DNA from: Bigelowiella natans CCMP2755
Lineage: Eukaryota > Protista > Cercozoa
DNA length: 64,000 bases
Direction of reading: 5' to 3'
Assembly: GCA_000320545.1 (NCBI GenBank)
Contig: ADNK01001509.1
Coordinates: forward strand, 1-64,000
The notes under the pieces were generated by a model. It did no database searches. It saw only the letters and a program-made list of their open reading frames with translations, and had not been told where the DNA came from. This document shows positions 1 to 13,066 of the stretch, one piece after another (position 1 is the first letter of the stretch; every line of letters begins with the position of its first letter). The position numbers were made by a program, and so were the translations under genes.

Positions 1-495
1 CCTGCTTCCTACTAACCAAACATTATTTGAAAATCGATCAGTGTCACGGACATTCTGGAAGTTGTTCTCAATATCAAGCAGCCACTTTTCGTCCATAGAT
101 GTCGCTCCTCCGAGGCCCCTCTGATTGTGTGTGTGTAGGGGGGGGGGGGAGGGTAACTATGCGATCATGTATTAGAGTGTTGTGGCACACAACAGGACAA
201 CCTTCATGAGCTCAACAACTGGATCCTTTGACCTGGAGAATGAAGAGCAAATCAGATAAAAATATTGACGGGTTTGGGGTGGGCCAGCTTTTGGAGAGTT
301 CTTTTAAAGGGAGGGACGTACTTTGCAATCAAATCCACTTCTGGATTGAGGCCTTCCGATACGCCAAGCTGTAGGCATTCCTTAAGGTGCCTTAAAATGT
401 TGCGCAAAATAGAATGTATTGTTGTGTTCTTCCTCTCTATGTCTTTCTCTCCCTCTCTCTCCCTCCCTCTTTCTCTCTCCGCTTGTGAGTGTGAT

Positions 496-535
<40 letters not shown>

Positions 536-865
536 CGCATGTAATTGCATGTGACATACGAATCGTCGTCCTCCAAAACGCAGTTCTCTCCTCTTCTGAG
601 CCTAATGATACATAGCATTATTTCCTCCGACTCGCCAATTAGAGGATGGTGGAGCTTAACACGATTACAATTCTGGGAATGTGCTGGCTCTGGTTCTGGA
701 GGTCCTCTCTCTGGGAGGTTCGGATCCATGTATGAATGCCTCCATTGCCCGCCTCGAAACCTCAGGACACCTTTGGGAAGAATTGGTCATCAATTTTAGT
801 TTCTGCAAGAAGCACCAAAAGCAAATAGCGATGGTAGCTGAGAGCATTCGTTTGGTGGAAAACAT
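1..865 (-). CDS. Hypothetical multi-exon protein with hydrophobic N-terminus; 3' end runs off the window
   Basis: Phase-consistent GT-AG chain: MFSTKRMLSATIAICFWCFLQ...STFPEL|LRRGENCVLEDDDS|HLKECLQLGVSEGLNPEVDLIAK|SKDPVVELMK|RGLGGATSMDEKWLLDIENNFQ. No domain recognised; start ATG at 865 is tentative. Confidence 0.55.
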
Positions 866-1094
866 TTCGGAAACTGTTAGCGCTGATCGTTTGAGCTGTC
901 GGTCTGTGGCGTGTGCTGTTGCATTGCGGGTTTTGAGGAGCAACGAGAACGAAATTTGCTCCGAGCGAATTTTTCATCAACTTTTGAGGATGAAATATAT
1001 GAGATGTTTCATGGATAAATTAGTTGCGAATTTTCCGAAGAATCTTCTAGAAATCGATACTGAGGAAAATCATTTAGTCAGAATGGGCAGGTTA

Positions 1095-1925
1095 TTCTCG
1101 GCTTGTTTTCTGTTCTTTCCTGACAATTCGTTTCTTGGAAGTCAAAACGCACCCGTTCTGGTTGCTCTTGTTGTGACAGCAGCTAGCTGGTGCTGGGTGT
1201 GCTGGCACTGGGTGGCCTGGTGCGAAGTGCGTGGAGCAGTGCACACCTGCGTTTGACGATGCAACTGGCTTACTTTCACCCGCAATGGGGAAGCATGGCG
1301 GTTTTTGGGTCACAATTTCTCGTTCGCACGTCGGACCCCAAACAAGCTAGCAAGGTCAACCAACAACGCCAGAACGTTGAGACGATTGAGACGTCACCAA
1401 GTGCAAAATGACTCGTGTTTGGAACCAAAACGAGGCATGGTGGTTCCATCAACGCGAGTGCAAGGCGAGGTTGTGTGGTTGTTGATCATGATCGTGTCGC
1501 CAGTGCTTGCACGCGTGTCCCAAGCAGCGATGCCAGCACGTTGGTCAGTTGGGAAGCGCGACAACCGCATCGGGCAACCTAGCAACCAAGCTGGCAAACA
1601 CAGCAGCGACACCATGTGACTGCTGCGCAACTGCACGCATTTGCATTGGGCTGCATCAGCTTGCTAGTTTGTTTGCACAGTTCCAGAGTTGTGTGCACTC
1701 AGTGCTAGAGTGGCACAGTTGGTGAATTCAGTTCGATGCCCGCCAATGATCGAGACGCCAAATTGCCGCACGTCGCACGTGCATCGACGCAAGAATTTGG
1801 ATGAAGGCAATTTGTCATGACGGCCAACTAGCTGGCAACGAAATGATCACCACAGCTAGACAGTTCCCACATCGAGGTCACTGTTTGTTGCTGTTGCAGC
1901 TGCCCAGCCTAGCAGTCCGCAGCCA
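1095..1925. other. TpA-depleted, CTAG-retaining intergenic island 1
   Basis: Hand count: 9 TA in ~830 bp, 8 of them in CTAG (1183, 1347, 1579, 1664, 1705, 1828, 1856, 1909); the only exception is TTAC at ~1270. CpG is common and no CCGG was seen. Confidence 0.9.
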
Positions 1926-2221
1926 CTAAGCCATGGTGCGCATCACATCACACGTACATGCACAATGCAAAGGCGCAAGCAACACTTGCTCAACGTCGCT
2001 GCTTGCATGCCTGATTAAATGTAGCGGATAGACTACATTTAAGGGACGTCAAAACCCAGCAATCATCAAGCATGCGATAATGAACATGAGAAGTAGCAAT
2101 GTCGCTATGACGTACCGGATTGCTAGCAAGTAAATGCCTACTACAAGATCATCGGATGACGATCGACAAGGTAGCCCATGTCATGAGCGCAACATCCAAA
2201 GAACAGATGATATAACGGAGA

Positions 2222-2558
2222 CTATGGGGGTGGAGAGTGTTGTCTCGCGGGGGTATCAGATGGTTTGCTGGAGAAGAACGAAGAAGATGACGTATGGGAC
2301 GGATGAATTGTCGATCCTACCAAAGGCGAGATATCGGCTGCGGAAGTGGAAAAGGAGGAACTCGAAGAGAAAGTCATAGTGTCCAACAAGGGCGGGATCG
2401 TCTCCGAGAGAAAGCTTAAAACTTCATCTATATGCCTTCGTCTCACCCGTGGAATCTCCCAAAATCGGCTTGATTCCGCGCCTCGACGCCGTAATGCATG
2501 TTCGGAAACTCGCAGCACGCAAGTCCTGAGCCTTTATAGTACACACACACACACACAC

Positions 2559-2597
<39 letters not shown>

Positions 2598-3389
2598 CGT
2601 GTGTGTGTGTTTGTGTGTGTGTGTGGTATAAACTGATCCATTCTTGAATCGATAATGATTTTTGGCCCTTCAGAAAGTACGACCAAACAACCGTCTACAT
2701 CCCATGCAACTACTTTCTTCAGCCTTGTGAAATAGATCGGGAAGATCCCTCAGCATTCGTTTCCTATGATGATTGAAGCATAATGAATTACCACCCTGGC
2801 CGTGAGCACTTATTTAAAAGTAATCTCAATATGGTTGAGTATGACTTGCAGCACCCATCCCGCACTCCCCCCCCCACCCCACCCCGCCATAAACTAGCCA
2901 CATTGGTAACGACGTGAATACAAATGAGAATAGCGATGTATTGAAAGTGAGTAAGAATATGCGCATTCTGCTATTACAATCGGCTCCGACGATAGAAGAA
3001 GCCTTGTCTTTCCGAGATGTACTTAAGTATTATCAAGTGTGCCTGCAACAGCAGCATCGATGGGGTGATCAAGGATGATATCGACACAGTCAAAGCGTAC
3101 ATAAGGACAAGATTAACAACTGCGAGAAAGATTCCTCGTGGAAAGCAGCACGTTTTAGTTTAAGGTCATAATAATTGAATGGATAATATATTTTCGAATG
3201 ACCAGGAGGCGCTGCGCCCGGCTCACAACACTAGTCGCCCTTTGCACGGCTGACTGTGACGGTTAAGAAGGGTGGGGGGGGAGAGGAGAAAGTACGGAGG
3301 TGAAGGTTACTCACTACCGGCGAGAAGAAAATAGCGTTTGAAGCTTAAAACTAGACCCGCCTTCCTCCTCCTCCTCCTCCTCACCGTAT

Positions 3390-3423
<34 letters not shown>

Positions 3424-3820
3424 GCCCTTCTTTCTTCCACACCTCTCTTGCCAGTCCCTTCAAGTCTTCGATTAGCTCAGACTGCTCGGACACCACAACG
3501 TTCTCATTCCATCGAGAAGGCGACGATGACGAATATGACGATGATAATGACGATGAGGGCCGCGGCGATGGGCTACATTCTTGTGTAGATTGTGTTGGTG
3601 GAAGCTGCCCGTTTCTCGTAGTTTGAGCACTATTTGCAACGTTTTCTTCTTAAACAGAAACAGTATGAGAAGATAATATTGAGTAGATCAGGGGGGGGGT
3701 TTGCATACATCAGCAACTGCGCAACATAGGTAACATATTCGTCCTCAGGATTTCTTCGCTGCTAAGACCTTTGGAAGCCAATGTGAATTTGGAAAGAGAG
3801 AGATAAAGAGAGAGAGAGAT

Positions 3821-3859
<39 letters not shown>

Positions 3860-4134
3860 AGGGAAAATGCTGATGTAGATTTGTCATATTAGTAGGAGGT
3901 GGAGGGGGGGAGATCATTGCACTTATTACGGTTTCCTCGAGACCCATAGGCTCCGAATGAGGTCATGTATGCACGCGGCGGGTTAATGCCTAAGAACGTC
4001 ATGCATTGTGACTAATCGCTGACGACGTACTATACCAATAGAGTATCCGTGTGCTTAATTTAGGTTCGAATGTGAATATGTTCATGAATAATTATTAGCA
4101 GGTAGGCACACACTCCCACACACACACACACACA

Positions 4135-4175
<41 letters not shown>

Positions 4176-7100
4176 TAATATATTATATTTATGTATTACG
4201 TTTACATATGAGCGTGTCTTTGGATATACAAGTTGCAACCAGACGCGCCACACATACTACTACCTCCCAGCACTTTCGAGAGGCTCCAGTGTAGCCTTGC
4301 AGAAGCTCGAAGAAGATCGCTCGGGGGCAGAAGATCCACTTTATTAAGCAATATCTACGATCGCACACAGATATGGAGAGAATTACATGTATACTAGAGA
4401 GGGAGGGAGCAATTCGTATAAAGATAATCTTGGGATGATTGCCTGAATAAAATCTAGTCTCTGATAGCAATCCGAAACCATTAAATATACTTTTCGTCGG
4501 GCACGGCTACATGGAATGCATTTGTGCCCGAAAACATCGATAACAGTTTTCTAGGACGTGGTTTGCACGAATACCCGTAGTTTCTCCCTTTGGGTTCTCA
4601 GCTTGTCCAACACGTGGCCTGCTAGGCTGTCCATCAGCTATGACGAACAGATACAATCGTGAGAATGATGGAGATAACGGTATTGACGATGATGAAGATG
4701 ATGATGAATATGATGATGAATATGATGATGATAATGATGATGATGATGATGATAATGATGGTGATGATGGTGATAAAAGTGGTGGCATGAAGTAGTAGTG
4801 TTGAAATCAGACGCAGAAAGATTCGTTTCATCCTGCAAGCCTGTGCATGTTTGGTTCAGTCAAGCAAGAGGAAATGACGACGACCTCGAGTCGGTCTCCA
4901 TCCAGCATGAACAAGACGCAATCGCACCTATTCGCCGCGAGAAACCATATAAAAAATAATGGTAGTTGTGCCAGATAATACTATGCTTGTGCACGCGTCT
5001 GGGTAGCTAAATATCCCCATCGCGTCGTGGAGCCACAAACACAGTCATGTTATGAGTTGCTGTTCCAGTCTCCTTAGCGTCTCTCGTAGCTGCATAAGCT
5101 AGCAAAGTATTGCTCGATAGAACCCGTACTACCTTGCAGCAAACCATTCGCAAATACGGTCGTACGCAACAACAGAGCCGTCTCTATCGATGATGAAGAA
5201 GAGCACAACGGAGGAGAGGGAGGAGGGCAGGAAAAAAGATAACGAGCACGGCAGGAAAGGCTCTCGTGAGAACACATGGTACTGCTTGCATGTATGACCA
5301 TTGCTGCTGATACACACTGCTACTACTGCTATTGCTATTAGCAATAAGGCTGGTCCCTGCTAACAAATATATACTACAACGATGATTACTCAATCGCACG
5401 GCGTTTGAGGGAATCTTCGTTGCTGTTGCTGGAGCTGGACGAAGAAGATGGCGAAGATTCGTCCTTAGGCCTTCCACCACGAATATCTGTGTTCTTAGTA
5501 GCAGCAGCAGTAGTGGCTGGTAGCAGTGAGGATGCGCTGCTCATCTTCATCATGCTGTTGGCGCCTCTTCGGCGGCTACTGAGGCGACGATCATCCACTA
5601 ATCTTGAACAAAGACCCTGTGGAAGAAATAGGCAGAGGGGCACACAAAGGGCTGGATCACACACAGGAGATGATTTACTATAAAGCTACATGAACGGAGA
5701 AAACGCAAAAGGTTATAAGCTAGATATTAAGGCTATGGCGCAGGAGAAGAGGCCCATCATCATGAAATCATCATCGTATCTCGGAAAAAGAATAGCCTAT
5801 AGCATCAAGTTGACCGGGCTGTCGATTAGCGTACAGTGCTGCAGCACCCCTGCCACGCGCTCTGGGACCTGCACGGTCTCGAAGAATCTCCCTAATGCCA
5901 ACGAAAGATATGTGGGGCTGGCCGACCGCAGTTGTGTCGTGCAGTAACGACGAATATGAAAAAGATTCCATGGTTCCTTTCCCTAGTTACCCACCATCCA
6001 CGAGCTTGCATGAGCCTATCACCATTATCTATCTCTATCTATCAAAGCCCACCTACGAATGCCGTGCCATAGCTCTCGATCAAGTCCACAGCCAGAGGAT
6101 CTTTGCAGTAGACGTTGTCGTCGAGGTAGCAGCCGCTGCCGGCGAGATGACTAGGATAGCTGCTGTGCAATAGACCTGAGCAACCTGACGGCCTGCTGTC
6201 GCCGCTGCGAAATCGACGAAACTTGGAAGTCGTAGGGGTGAATCCTGCACACAGTGAGAGCGTTTGTAAACCAGAAATCACTGATGGTTGACCGCCCTTC
6301 CCCTCACCATCTTCCTGATTCATCTCATAACAATACCTGTGGCGAGGGCATAAGAAGGTACACCGCATTCTCTCTCTTGGTACGATGACGATAGGTTGTT
6401 GTTTGAATGTTGAAAGGACGACGTTATTTGTTTTGAGCCAGGATCATACGTCGAGTTGCCTCCTTCTCTCTTCATTGTGATGTTCAGTAAGGAGCGTATT
6501 GCTGTAGTTTTCCCAACGGAATATGGCCCAAGCAGTAGCACAAGCGGCTGATATGCAATTATTGCAATTATTGGGATGGTCAGATTAGCTGTTGAACGAT
6601 GAGAGGAGAGAGGTTCTAATCTGAATATTTATGAGGATTTTGACAGCTACTATAGTGCCATATATCATATGTTGGTTGATGATTGTACTGCTGATGCAAG
6701 ATACCTTTGTGTGGAACGACGGTGGAGGCTGTGCGGGGTCCTCGAAGTCGTCGAAGCGAAATAATGCTTCCAGTGGCCTTAGCTGTTGTCACCGTAGTGT
6801 TGCCGCCAAGAAGGCCATGCGTATAGAAAAGTGGTAACAATATAAGAAATATGAGCCGAAAGTCACGAGTGTCAATCCACGATGCGCTTCCTCCCCTCCC
6901 CCACTCACCCACAGAGTACAGGTAAGTGTGTGATGGATGTGCGCAAATCGACACCTTACGTATATACGCCAACTGTAGCTGCTTCATTACATCTTCTATC
7001 CCCATTGGCCGAGCAATGATTTTCGAATGATGATTATAAGGACCTTGTTCCACCGGCTCTTCTAATCTTAAACATCGGAATGAAGGATATGTTAGTCACA

Positions 7101-7530
7101 ACAACTCTTTACTGCTGCTCTGGAGTTAGTTAGCAAATTACTCGTTTCTTTTCCTACGCGAAGAACCCAAGCAATTGAAGGATGGAAATGGTAGTGAACA
7201 CGATACTTTTTCGTGCTCATCAGCAGAATCACTTATTCCACGACTGCTGCTCCCCGCCCCCTTCTCTACCTCATTAGAGACCGTGGCATCCGTTGGTATG
7301 TGTTTAGATTCGATCTCCCCGTCGTCTGAGCTAACACCAACGCTGAGAAGTCCTCTATCGACTTCATCTCGTTCCAAAGAGTTGGGAGATGTCTTCTCAA
7401 TTTTGAGAAGGAGGCCCCCCCGGTTGGGCAACCCCGCTGGCCGCAAAAGGGCAAGGTGGAAGTGAAGTAACAGGCCAAAGAGCGCTAACAATATGAGAAA
7501 TCGGGACACGAGCTTTCTTTGAACCTACCA
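2222..7530 (-). CDS. EHD/sarcalumenin-like dynamin-family NTPase, many exons, N-terminal hydrophobic segment, no EH domain seen
   Basis: Exons follow the EHD G-domain in order: YIRK|LRPLEALFRFDDF, PLVLLLGPYSVGKTT (P-loop), GFTPTTSKF, LIDSPG, YDRICEWFAAR, CDCVLFMLDGDRLE, ILLNKVD...LHWSLSKVLG, PPRAYMTSF, ELIEDLKGL, AHLIIL, last exon FWEIPRVRRRHIDEVLSFLSETIPPLL ending at 2222. The 5' end is uncertain (at or above 7530). Confidence 0.85.
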
Positions 7531-8386
7531 GTAAGGTGTTAGTAGATACTGTGAATTGATTTTCCTTCAGACATGGATGATTTATCTCCAATACGTTGGC
7601 CGATGCAAACATCCCACATTTCCTTCTCCCGAACCGGATAAAAATTCCAACTCTCTCTCCCTAAAACTAAACGCATTCTCTGGCACGATGAGGGCGTTAG
7701 GCAAAAGCCAGAATTATCTGTGACGCATATATTAACCAACTGAGACGAAATTCCGCCGTACCACTGTCAGCGGGCGCGGGAGGGGCATGTTGGGAAGAGG
7801 CATCGCTCCGGATTTCCTGAGTAAATGTGCGACAATGCCAAAACAGCTTTCAGCCTTGAATATCCCCTGCATTCCGGTGGAAAAACAGGAACTGGAATCT
7901 GCTTCATTTTGGGACAAAAGACAGATCGTCTCAACAAGAACACGAACAAAATCTATGATCATGCCAATTCTTTTCTCCCCGAAAGTGGACGACAAAATCG
8001 CCTAAAACGAACATCTCCAAAACTCTCACGCAATGTAGCAACCCAGTGTTTGAAAGGCGGTTTTGCTGGTAGTCTCCCATGCAAGAAGAGTCTCTAGGAT
8101 CGCAACGAAGGCCGTTTTTAACGAATAAATATCGGCGACAACAAAGTAACATCCATCAAGTTTCCGGAACGTTTCAATTGCGGAGGCAGCCGTAGATCTA
8201 TCCTCTCACACAGATCAGACGTAGGTGCAAGTAGTGTGTGGAGGGATGAGGAGCGCAAAGATGTTTTTATTGCAGCCTACTAATGAAACAAACTCCGTGA
8301 AAATCAGGTTTGGGGCACACCGTACAAATATGCAAGCGTGCGCTTGTTTTCAACCTTGAGAAGGAAAGCTACTCGTCTCCTGTGGA

Positions 8387-11300
8387 ATGTTTATTTTAAC
8401 AATCCTCGGCTTGGCCGTCTGCCACGTTCATGGATACATGTTTGCTTCTGGGAGTCAGCACTCAAAGTGCCAGAAGTATTGTTCAAAAGCCCTTTCTGTG
8501 TGTCCAGGGGAAACTTTGGAGTTTCGAAACTTCACGCAGTGTATGTCACAGTGCTCTGTAGCTCTGAAAGCGACGAACGGTACTTCAACCTTCAAAAATA
8601 GCTATTTGTAGGTTTGCAACAACGGCTGGTTTTGTATTTCTATCCGATTTGCGAGTGTTGTACTAAAATTCGATCGGCTTTCTTCAGCGACTGGGTGGAG
8701 CGCTATTTACGAGGATAGCATTGAATGTAGAACATACCACTTGGACCTTGCACATCAAACTGGGGTGCGCTTTACTTTATCATTGGATTTGATGGCATCA
8801 ACGTAAAGAATGTTACTTCTTGCACAAACAGGCCTTACGGACGCATTGTAGATTTGCTAGAATTGACGCCAATGTGATATCGGGAAGGTATTGTCGAAGT
8901 GACAACTTTTTGTGGGGACGTAGGGGGAATACTAAGAGAGCGCCATGAATCTTGCTAAGAGTATCATTTTGTTTATTTTTCGGTAAAGTTGTCCTCTAGG
9001 ATGTCCCTGCACGCGAAATTGCAGCTCCTCTTCAAGAACATACGCTCAATGTGTTGCCGGAAACCGTACCAATACGACTGACGGAGCAAACTTTCTCCTG
9101 CTTCTGGCCAAACACAAGACCGGTGTAAACGGATCTCTTTTTGACTCTTCCACACAGGTATAATCATCATGCGGATTTCGTACACAATCATTAGCACGCA
9201 CATCCTGACAAATGAGTCAGTATTGTTCTCGGCGTTGAGAAAGTAAACTCTAGAGACTCATGTATAAAAATATGTGGATCTCTTTTAACAAAACGTCTCT
9301 CCCCTCTCTCCTTCCCTCTTTCTCACGATTATGCTTGTGGCGTCACATGGAAGAACTCTCTTGACGTGTTCGCCGAAAGTCTATCCAGCGGAAGACATGG
9401 TGGGTGCGACGCAATCGTACAGTATAACCGTATCGGAAGCTATTGCGACATCGTAAGCTCTAGTTATCTCTCGAGCGTATTTGGTAATCAAGGCGTCGGA
9501 GCAAATGAAGCACTAGGCTACGCTCCGAAACTCTGCAAGCTCAACGAATCGTTTGCCACCTGCCCAGAGGTTGGTCATCGGTCAACTACAATCGCCAACG
9601 TGGCAATTGACGAGTGTTGGAATGCGTTGGAGAGTGCTGAAGTGTGCCAGCTTGAAGATGGGATGAGCAATCGAGCAAGCTGTTGTGCGGCTATCATGCA
9701 CCTGGACTCTTTGGGCTGCTTCTGCGACTCGGTTCTGTATTCGATGAGTAAGATCAATCCACATGGTCTGATATTAAATCTCAGGGCAATCGCCCTCCCC
9801 ACATGTGTGCCATTGTCGTCCCAGTACAACCAGACCTCCAGTGGTGGAGGATGCCCAACTTTTCCTGAATACGACTCACAAGAGGCGGTTTTGGCGTGTA
9901 CGGCATCAGCAGGGACTCCCTATAACCGCTCGCAACTAAATGTGATTCTAGGTGACAGAGTCAACACCATTATGCAACTGGAGCGAATCTTAGATTCTCA
10001 CACCAATGCCCCGTCCGCCACCACCAATAGCAGCAGCAGCAGTTTCGACTACGAATTGCTAGTAGAAGATATCTCCCCCTATGTGAATGCGGAGGCAGTG
10101 TTGCATGTAACAGAAGCAGGCAGCTACGTTGGCGTTGAGGGGTTCGTGACCTATTTCTCCCAATTCATGCCGGCAGCCAACAACGCCCTCTGGGAGCGCA
10201 GCACCATTCGTTTGTACGACTGGACGGTGAGAAATAGCAGCAGAATCGGTGTGCGAGTGCTCGAAGAGCACGTTCTCTTTGGAGGCGACCTCACAAGGAC
10301 GATCGAGAAGGTCCAGGAGTTTGAATTCCAACATTGCTCCTCCATGATATGGAGAGTCGTAGAGTCGTACCCCAACAACGAGCTCGTATCGCTTTTCCAG
10401 CGAGCCGTTTCCCACCCACGCTACGGGCCTGATGCCTATTGTAAGTCTATCTTCGACTACTGCATCGGGGACCTACAGGAGTTTGCGACGGTGGATGGGT
10501 GTATTTCATACCAAAATTCATTGCCAAAGGCCCAGTGCGGGAAGGGGCATCTGCTGCAGGGTAGCATATCGCCATGTAAGCTTCGCCATGCGCTTGCCAT
10601 TCCTTTCCGGCCTGACCACCACTGCCCACATGCTGGTTTTGGGAATAAAACCGATCGCGACGGAAATCGCTTCTGTGCCTCGAGCGAATGCTACACAACA
10701 GCAACGAAGCTTCAGCTGATGCCTGAAAATTCAACGGCAGCATTCACCAAGTTCTCCTCCAGTGAAACGTGCACATTGACAGAAAAGAGCCCACTTCTCA
10801 TCAAGGTGAGCGTTGCCGCTGCGAGTCCGTGCACTCCCTTTGCCCCCGCTGTCGCAGAGCTTGCTCTGAGGCCCATCACCAACGAATCATCGCTATACCT
10901 CCAGTCATTCTGCCGGCCCGCCTGGAACACTGGCGAGAGGGAAAACTACGACAATCGGCTCAATCAGTGCGATCTGAACGCCTTCTTTCCTGCATCATCC
11001 TCCTTTCACAACCGTGCATGCTCCCGTATCCGCCGCGGGGTGCGATTCGAAAGCTTGAAGTTTTCCTACCTCTGCGGGAGATATCCAAGGAGGGGTTCCA
11101 CCCTGGGCTCCGTCGGGGCACTGCTTCAGGCTGCCTCTCGGATCAGCGCCTTTGAAGATCTGGTGTGCTCCGCGGTGGAGGGCACAGCTGCGACTCACGT
11201 ATGTGAGGCCTGCAGCATGTCCGATATTAACAGCATCGTGGCTTGGGCGGACCTTGCAAATAACGACACGGAAATGTTTGTGGAGGACAACACACCTGTC

Positions 11301-11462
11301 TACTCCTCCGCGGCGCCCTCACGGTTCTGTGCAGAGATTCTTCACTATGCGTGTTCTAATGCTTACGGTAGTAGTAGTAGTAGTATTAGTAGTAGTGTAG
11401 TAGGTGTTGTTCTTGTTGTTATGGGGGTGTTGGGATGTTTATGTAAACGGCTGTTACTATGA
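8387..11462 (+). CDS. Secreted Cys-rich protein (~867 aa) with signal peptide, two Cys/His-rich modules, LTP-like CC/CxC segment, NTF2/SnoaL-like region and C-terminal hydrophobic anchor
   Basis: Proposed exons 8387-8579, 8688-8764, 8832-8887, 8989-9157, 9354-11462 (2604 nt, phases consistent). Signal MFILTILGLAVCHVHG. Module 1: CQKYCSKALSVCPG..F..FTQC...SIECRTYHL..A...HC. Module 2: YCKSIFDYCIG..EF..VDGC...SPCKLRHA....P.HHCPHAG. Ends with a poly-Ser spacer and VVGVVLVVMGVLGCL. Confidence 0.8.
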
Positions 11463-11507
11463 TCCTCCCCCCCCCTCATTTGTATCATCGACATCTGCAA
11501 GGTCGAA

Positions 11508-11549
<42 letters not shown>

Positions 11550-11720
11550 GTATATAATATTTAGATGCTTCTCTCAGGGTTTCGTCCTTCGTTTTGCAAA
11601 GCCTGCTTCCCGTCGCTTCCGCTGGGAGAGCTCGATCCAACGTCCACGCTGCCTATATGTCAAGGGGCGCTCACAGCGTTTTTCTCTTCCAATTGCACAG
11701 GTTATACGTGAGTTGAAGGC

Positions 11721-13023
11721 ATGGTTTCCGCCAATAACTTGATTAGCATTTTTGGTACATCCCTCATCTTCCTAGGAAGCAGCTCAGGCGCGTGGTACGA
11801 GAATGATGCAGCCCCATACGCTGACCCGTATATCACGGAGGGCCTTCCCGCCTATAAAGATACAACTAGCGATGCAGGCGCTCGGAAGGAGTTTGATTAC
11901 ATCATCGTTGGCGCCGGCACTGCGGGCTGCGTTGTCGCCCGACGACTCTCCGACGCAGGGCACTCGGTGCTAGTGCTTGACCAGGGGGAGGACTGGCAGC
12001 AAACCGAAGACTGGTGGAAAGCAACACGAGCGCCCCGAAATTCTAGGGAGCCGCATGATGCGAGTCCATTGCTACAGCGATTCGACTCCGAGTCCAACCC
12101 TGCTTTGTTTGGCCGCCAAGTGCCCGTAGTCTTAGGGGCCACGCTAGGGGGCACATCGTCAATCAACAACGGCTACTATTGGCGTCCAGAGGACAGAGAC
12201 TTCGATATGCATTGGGGGGAGGGGTGGAGTTCCGCTGAGGTCGCATCCTTCTTCTCAGCTGCGGAAGAACAAATGAAGCTACAGAACGGCAGTGGCGAGA
12301 CGCTAGGAGGCGCGTGGATGGCCGCTGCCAATGCGGCCGGTGTTCCATCTCTGCCAGGATCTGCACTTACCATGCAAGGAAACGCATCGGGGATTTTCCT
12401 CCCGAAAACGGTGTTCGTGAACAGCAGGCGCATGGACGCCTTCAAAGCCTACCTGCGCCCTATCATGCCTCGCAAAGGGCTGGAGGTGCGCACCAGAGCA
12501 TCCATCGCAAAGCTCATAATCGTGCAAGATTCAGACGTCAAGCGGGCAATTGGAGCTGTGTATATGCTCGCGGGGCAGCGGCGGGTCTCTGTTTACGCGA
12601 AGCGTGAGGTGATCCTAGCAGCTGGTTGGCTTGGATCTCCCAAAGTTCTGATGATGTCTGGAATCGGCCCCGCGGCTAGTCTGCGGAGTGTGGGTGTCAC
12701 CTCGATTATTGACGTACCAGGTCAGGGTGAAGTGGAAGCATAGCTGAGTGGTAAAGGGGGGGGGGGTGGGCATCAAGTAGTAACTACAACACCAATGTTC
12801 GCACCTGCATGCAACGATGTCGAAAGCACACAGCGTCACGTACACTCATCCACACCTCTAAAAATAAGGCGTTGGGAAGCAGTTGAAAGGAATAGCGAAG
12901 GTTAGGGTAGAGTCTGAGGGCCAGATTATTGGACCGGAGAAGCTCTCAAGAGTCGTTTATGCGTCGGATGCTCTCAGGGCGTGGTATCAAGAATACAATA
13001 TATACATATGTGTGTGCGTATAT

Positions 13024-13066
<43 letters not shown>

